Below are positions 57,608 to 64,000 of a stretch of DNA of 64,000 nucleotides, one piece after another. Both the position numbers and the translations under genes were made by a program. Numbering within the stretch: position 1 is the stretch's first letter; each line of letters opens with the position of its first letter. The DNA lies in the NCBI GenBank assembly GCA_038496445.1, contig JALMLS010000329.1, positions 124,001-188,000 of the forward strand. The letters run 5' to 3'. Below the pieces are notes generated by a model. That model had not been told where the DNA came from and did no database searches. It worked only from the letters and a program-made list of their open reading frames with translations. Origin of the DNA: Trichosphaerium sp. ATCC 40318. Taxonomy: Eukaryota > Protista > Tubulinea.

Positions 57608-60457
57608 ATGGTAATAGCCAACAAACCTACAAAGCTTTGGTACGCTCGAAAAGTGTTTAAACTGGCCTCTTGACGCTGAAAATTGAATTAGGCTAGCGTC
57701 AAGAGACGGTGATTTGATAAAAGTAAAGAGCGCCGTTAAACAGTCGTCAGATGAGCTTGACGTATTCATAAATGATCCAGCGAGGCTTCTATGTGCCCCA
57801 CTAACTATTGCGTGTTGGTGTGGACACAGTCACGTGGTGAAATACCTTATCGAAACAGTAGGCGCAAATATCAACATTGGCGCTGGTGTACGACCCATTT
57901 TTTTTAAATCACGTGATAAAAAAACACACAAGATATAATCCAAAAACGCTTTCCAAGGTATATTTTTTTATCTTGTTACTAAATCTTTTAAGAAAACAAC
58001 TTCGCCGATACAAGCTGCTTCTGGCATGGGATATTTAGAGCTGACAAAGTATTTACTGTCAAAAGGCGCTGATGTAAATGCTAAAGAACCTGGGTAATCT
58101 TTTTTTTTGGCTTTTTTTTGTGATGCAAATTTTTAACTTGTCAGTGAGGTTGAGCCTATTGCGGACGTAATTGGCGCTGGTCATATAGATATAGCTAAAC
58201 TTTTGATCGAACATGGGGTAAAAATACCTAAAAAACTTCTAAATATTGCGTCACTGATGAACTGGGTACCCAACCAAGAGATACACCGAAATGAAAAACA
58301 AATTAACTTGTCTTTTTTAGGTGGCTGGTAAAAATGATGTTAAAATGTTAGCTCTCCTTATTAACGTACACACCTTATAATTCTTTTAAATCATATTTAT
58401 TATTTAACACAGAATGGATTTGATGTCAATGAACGCTACACAGATGGAAAAGCGCCAATAGATGTTGCTGTATCTTCAGGCCATTTAGAGTAAGTCATCA
58501 TTAATCCTTAAAATCTAGCTCCCCTAAACCCTTTTCAAAGGGTTGTGAAATTACTCATACGCACAGGAGCGAAAATAGATGATCCTAAACTTGTGAATGT
58601 GTGCATCGTACGTCTCGGTTTTTTCCAGTACCCAAAACCCATAAAAACAACAATTGATAAAACCGAGTAACGTGACTTTTCTTTGTTTAGGAAAATAATA
58701 AGTATGAGATTCTCAAAGAACTTGTAAAATATGGTGCAAGTACCAATCACGTTACTATGAAGGTAGAAGTATGTACATCTACAATATTTATTTTATCTGT
58801 AAAGAGCAATGTAACAAAATTTTTTTATTCTAGGAAATCGGGTATTCAGAAAAATCTCAGTTCTTGCTTTGGTACTTTTATCCTGAGGATCCTAAGGAAA
58901 CTACAAATGACTACCTGGCAAAATTTAAGATTCCAGAAAACACACAATTGAGTATAACCATGCTTTTACATCTAAACAAAGGTAACAAAAAGAGTGTTTT
59001 ATTTACCTATTTTTTGTTTTGTTTTGTCAAACTAATCACGCTGTAGCGACAACCTCAAATCCGCAAGAGACTTTCCCACCTAGATTTAAGTTATGTCCAT
59101 TGTGGGAAAATTTCTTCTTCAGGGTACGCAGGAGACTAACATACAATTATGACAAGATTTTTCCGGAAGCTGCTTTCCACTTTTTTTTTGTTGTTACACA
59201 TCTTACGGATATTAGAATGTTGAATCTTCGTCAATGCACTACAGGAAGCTTCGTTTAACAGACCCAAACTTACAAAAGTATCCTTATGTTGCATCTGAGT
59301 TAAAATCAGCAACAGAGCTATTAAACAATCATCTTGGAGGTGACATTGTTACGATAAAAGGTAACAATCTACATCCACATAAAAATATGATTACCTAACA
59401 ATGTTCAGATATTTTTGCAATTCAAAATGACTCTTTGGAATCCAGGTACGTGATCTGCTTTTAAGTTTGACATTGAAACCGTTTACAAGGGTTTTTTTTG
59501 AGTGAAAATAGCTTTTTTGAAACAAAGATTACTTTCACCTCTTCCCACAGCGTGCTAAATAATACAGGTTTACTGACGCCAAAGAAACATTTACTGCACG
59601 TCATATGTACGTATAATTTTTGACGTTTTTAAGTTGTTATCAATTAATACCCGAAAAACCAGGAATTCTCCAGGTATTTTCAAGAAAGATTGTTGGAAGA
59701 CAAGTATTCGTGCTGGTGACAAGAACAAAGTTTATGAAGAATATCAGAAGTCTTTAAATAAATTTGGCTATAACAACGGCGACACTGTAGGAGTAATACC
59801 AGCTCTCCATGTCACAAACTCAAATACAGTTGATGCTCTATGTTCAGGTGGTTTCAGTGTTGTTTCTTCAACAGGAAAGTTCCATCAATTTGTATTTTGG
59901 TATTGACTTCTGACCTCTCGCTTTAGACCCTGGTTGGTATGGTCAAGGTATCTACTTTACTACATCTCTAAAGTATGCAAAGAAGTACTCTCGAGAGAAA
60001 ACAAAGGTCGTAATAATCTGTTACGTGCTGACAGGTACCAAACTAAAAAAACGAAACAAATATAATAGTACTTACGGAATACAAAAGGCAATGTGTACCC
60101 GGTGGTTGAAGGTCCATACGAAAAAGCACATAGCTTTTTAGGAAAGCCGATCATGCCAGGATACCAGTCCCACTATGTTCGCGTTTCAAACAAGGGTTTA
60201 CCACCTAAAAAATTTGAATCTCTGTCTTCGACTTTTGATGAAATTGTTGTTGGTCAAGGTAAGGAATATTGAAGGAACAATTTGTTTGCGACCGTTCTGT
60301 TCTTTGTACACAATGAATTTGCTGATTTCTGTTGATAGATGCTCAAGTACTACCAAAATATGTTGTCTATTTTGATGCCAAAAAAAAGGCTGAAGAGGAA
60401 GATGACGTGCTTAGTGATGATGACGAAGAATCCATGGACAGGAAATTGTGGGGATAA
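57608..60457 (+). CDS. Ankyrin-repeat + PARP-type ADP-ribosyltransferase protein, copy 1, multi-exon
   Basis: Ankyrin repeats PLTIACWCGHSHVVKYLI and APIDVAVSSGHLE. Catalytic motifs ALHVT, DPGWYGQGIYFTTSLKYAKKY, GYQSHYV and FDEIVVGQDAQVLPKYVVYF (H-Y-E). Confidence 0.82.
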
Positions 60458-60794
60458 ATTGATTGAAAACCTTTTTCCTAGCGATGATAAATACCTTGTT
60501 GTGCAATAAATAAAGTTTCGTACAGGGTCAAATACATTTAGAGTTAACTTGAGGAGACACGTGCAAAGAGACGTTTCAAAAAACTCAATGAAAGAGGCAA
60601 CATGTTTTACTTAACGACACTAACAAGTTTGATACCCTTAGTGGTTTAATAGCGTATGATTGTCCATGCAAACAAAACCGATAAGGCAATCTTCTATTTA
60701 AGTTGTGCGTTATTTTGAAAAGCGGTCAAAACACTTTTTTACACCTATTTCGATCTGTCGTCAGCAAATGGCCACCTTCAATAAAAAAAAAGGC

Positions 60795-63663
60795 ATGTTA
60801 ATAGCCAATGAACCTACACCACTTTGGTACGCTCGAAAAGTGTTTAAACTGGCCTCTTGACGCTGAATATTGAATTAGGCTAGCATCAAGAGACGGTGAT
60901 TTGATAAAAGTAAAGAGCACCTTTAAACAATCGCCAGATGAGCTTGATATATTCATTAAAGATCCAGAGAAGCTTCTATGTGCCCCACTAACTATTGCGT
61001 GTTGGTGTGGACACAGTCACGTGGTGAAATACCTTATCGAAACGGTAGGCGCAAATATCAACATTGGTGCTGGTGTACGACCCCATTTTTCGTTTTGTAT
61101 CACGTGATAACGATTTAAAACAAGGCCGCTGTTCTCCCAAAAATGCTTCTTTGATTTTCTTTTTTGAGTGATCATTTTTCCTTCAAGTTTTGTTGTTTAT
61201 CATGTTTTCAAACTCACTCAATCTTTTAAGAAAACGACTTCGCCAATACAAGCCGCTGCCGTTATGGGACATTTGGAGCTGACAAAGTATTTGCTGTCAA
61301 AAGGCGCTGATGTAAATGCTAATTTACCTGGGTAATCTTTTTTTTGTGTTGAAATTTTTAACTTGTCAGTGAGGTTGTGCCTATTGTGGATGCAATTGGC
61401 TCTGGTCGTTGGAAAGTTGTTAAATTTTTGATTGAAAGTGGTGTAAAGATACCTAAAAAACTTCTAGATGTTGCATCACTGATGAACTGGGTACCCAACC
61501 AAGAGATACACCGAAATGAAAAACAAATTAACTTGTCATTTTTAGGTGGCTGGTAAAAATGATGTTAAAATGTTAGCTCTCCTTATTAACGTACATACCA
61601 CAACTACAACGTTTTTGAAATCTAACTCGATATTTCACACAGTATGGATTTGATGTCAATGAACGCTACACAGATGGAAAAGCGCCAATAGATGTTGCTG
61701 TATCTTCAGGCCATTTAGAGTAAGTCATCATTAATCCTTAAAATCTAGCTCCCCTAAACCCTTTTCAAAGGGTTGTGAAATTACTCATACGCACAGGAGC
61801 GAAAATAGATGATCCTAAACTTGTTGATGAGTGCATTGTACGTCTCGGTTTTTTCCAGTACCCATAAAAACAACATTGATAAAACCGAGTAACGTGACTT
61901 TTCTTTGTTTAGGAAAACAATAAGTATGAGATTCTCAAAGAACTTGTAAAATATGGTGCAAGTACCAATCATGTTACTATGACAGAGGACGTATGTATAT
62001 TCATGAAGACTATTTTTACATATTAGAGCAGATAACAACTTTTCTTTTCAACTAGGAAATCGGGTATTCAGAAAAATCTCAATTCTTGCTTTGGTACTTT
62101 TATCCTGAGGATCCTAAGGAAACTACAAATGATTACCTAGCAAAATTTAAGATTCCAGAAAACACACAATTGAGTATAACCATGCTTTTACATTTATACA
62201 AAGGTAACAAACTTGACTTGTAAAAAAAAACCACAATTTACTACCGGCTTTGTTTTGCCATACTAATCACCCAATGTAGCGACAAGCTCAGATCCACAAG
62301 AGACCTTCCCACCTAGATTTAAGTTATGTCCATTGTGGGAAAATTTCTTCTTCAAGGTGCGCAGGAGAGTAACATACAATTCTGGGAAGATTTTTCCGGA
62401 AGCTGCTTTCCACTTTTTTTGGTTGTTGTTACACATCTTACGGATATTAGAATGTTGAATCTTCGTCAATGCACTACAGGAAGCTTCGTTTAACAGACCC
62501 AAACTTACAAAAGTATCCTTATGTTGCGTCTGAGCTAAAGTCAGCAACAGAGCTATTAAACAATCATCTTGGAGGTGACATTGTTACGATAAAAGGTAAC
62601 AATCTACATCTATACTAACGTATGGATAAAAATATGATTACCTAACAATGTTCAGATATTTTTGCAATTCAAAATGACTCTTTGGAATCCAGGTACGTGA
62701 TCTACTTTAAAACCGTTTACAAGGGTTTTTTGAGTGAAAATATTGATTTATAAAATTACTCTTCCTACAGCGTGCTAAATAATACAGGTTTACTGACGCC
62801 AAAGAAACATTTACTGCACGTCATATGTACGTATAATTTTATTGAAAACTTTAGTCTGCACTATCAATTAATACCGAAAAAACCAGGAATTCTCCAAGTA
62901 TTTTCAAGAAAGATTGTTGGAAGACAAGTATTCGTGCTGGTGACAAGAACAAAGTTTATGAAGAATATCAGAAGTCTTTAAATAAATTTGGCTACAACAA
63001 CGCTGACACTGTAGGAGTGATACCAGCTCTCCATGTCACAAACTCAAATACAGTTGATGCTCTGTGTTCAGGTGGTTTCAGCGTTGTTTCTTCAATAGGA
63101 AAGTCCCATCAAAAAAAAAAATTGGTATTGACTTCTGACCTCTTACTTTAGACCCTGGTTGGTATGGTCAAGGCATTTACTTTACTACATCTCTAAAGTA
63201 CGCAAAGAAGTACTCGAGAGAGAAAACAAAGGTTGTAATAATATGCCATGTGCTGACAGGTACAAAATAGCAAGTGTAATACCGCTTTACTGATGCAATA
63301 CAAAAGGCAATGTGTACCCGGTGGTTGAAGGTCCATATGATAAGCAAGATAACTTTTTAGGAAAGCCAATCATGCCGGGATACCAGTCTCACTATGTTCG
63401 CGTTTCAAACAAGGGTTTACCGCCTAAAAAATTTGAATCTCTGTCTTCCACTTTTGATGAAATTGTTGTTGGTCAAGGTAAGGAATATTGAAGGAACGAG
63501 TATTTAAGACCGTTCTACTCTTTGTAAACAATAACTTGACTGATTTCTGTTGCTAGATGCTCAAGTACTACCAAAATATGTTGTCTATTTTGATGCCAAA
63601 AAAAGCAATGATGATGATTTTAGTGATGACGATGAACCCATTGATAGGAAATTGTGGGGATAA
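60795..63663 (+). CDS. Ankyrin-repeat + PARP-type ADP-ribosyltransferase protein, copy 2 (tandem duplicate)
   Basis: Exon-by-exon near-identical to 57608-60457; reading frame appears intact, stop at 63661-63663. Confidence 0.82.
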
Positions 63664-63784
63664 ATTGCTTTTTGTGCAAATAAATACATACAGAAGTTGC
63701 TTCAAAAAAGCTGAGTGCCAATGTTTTACTTACTTGACACTAACAAGTTGAGACCCAAAAAGTGGACTCCTACTGTTACTATTG

Positions 63785-64000
63785 TCAATACGTTGACTGC
63801 TTTCCATCATCAGAGACAATATTGTTCAGCTCAGTATTAGCTGGAATTTCAAGTGTTTTGCCATCTCTTGCAATTAAAAAGACACGTCCCTTCAAGGTAA
63901 CACCTTCAAAAAGAACAAAAATTAATTAAACGCAAGGTTGAAGGGACTGGTTCGTTGCCATGTTTTTTTAAAAATATCTCACCTTCACCAATGATAACGT
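63785..64000 (-). CDS. UGP: UDP-glucose pyrophosphorylase, 3' end (partial)
   Basis: VIIGE|GVTLKGRVFLIARDGKTLEIPANTELNN matches the eukaryotic UGPase C-terminal beta-helix. Confidence 0.75.

Overview
AT-rich, gene-dense eukaryotic nuclear DNA (standard code; many 36-60 nt GT-AG introns, donors often GTACGT/GTACGC), most consistent with a free-living protist, probably an amoeba (inference). Housekeeping genes include ADA2, a G-alpha subunit, MRG15/Eaf3, a KCTD-type BTB gene, an RCC1-repeat gene, IMPACT and the 3' end of UDP-glucose pyrophosphorylase. They are interleaved with tandem or inverted duplicates (secreted 162-aa pair, three PPR genes, two OST-alpha/TMEM184 genes, two ankyrin-PARP genes), a scattered family of intronless F-box + variable-repeat genes (LRR, MORN-variant, NuiA-like) with decayed copies, and several bacterial-type genes that have gained introns. 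Mobile DNA comprises a hAT-type MITE with an 8-bp TSD, a second TIR element and a decayed piggyBac-like transposase. Top leads: (1) an IMPACT gene extended by an MJ1316 RNA-end-recognition domain through a 38-nt intron whose retention would give a canonical IMPACT; (2) the F-box/repeat repertoire with orphan repeat cassettes; (3) a dermatopontin-like gene missed by the ORF track; (4) two convergent PPR genes sharing a near-identical ~380-bp inverted 5' cassette; (5) a bacterial PEP-CTERM-type metalloprotease rebuilt as a probable GPI-anchored zymogen; (6) strong CACGTG enrichment. No rRNA, tRNA or CRISPR array was seen. All exon structures and family calls were made by eye, without database searches.
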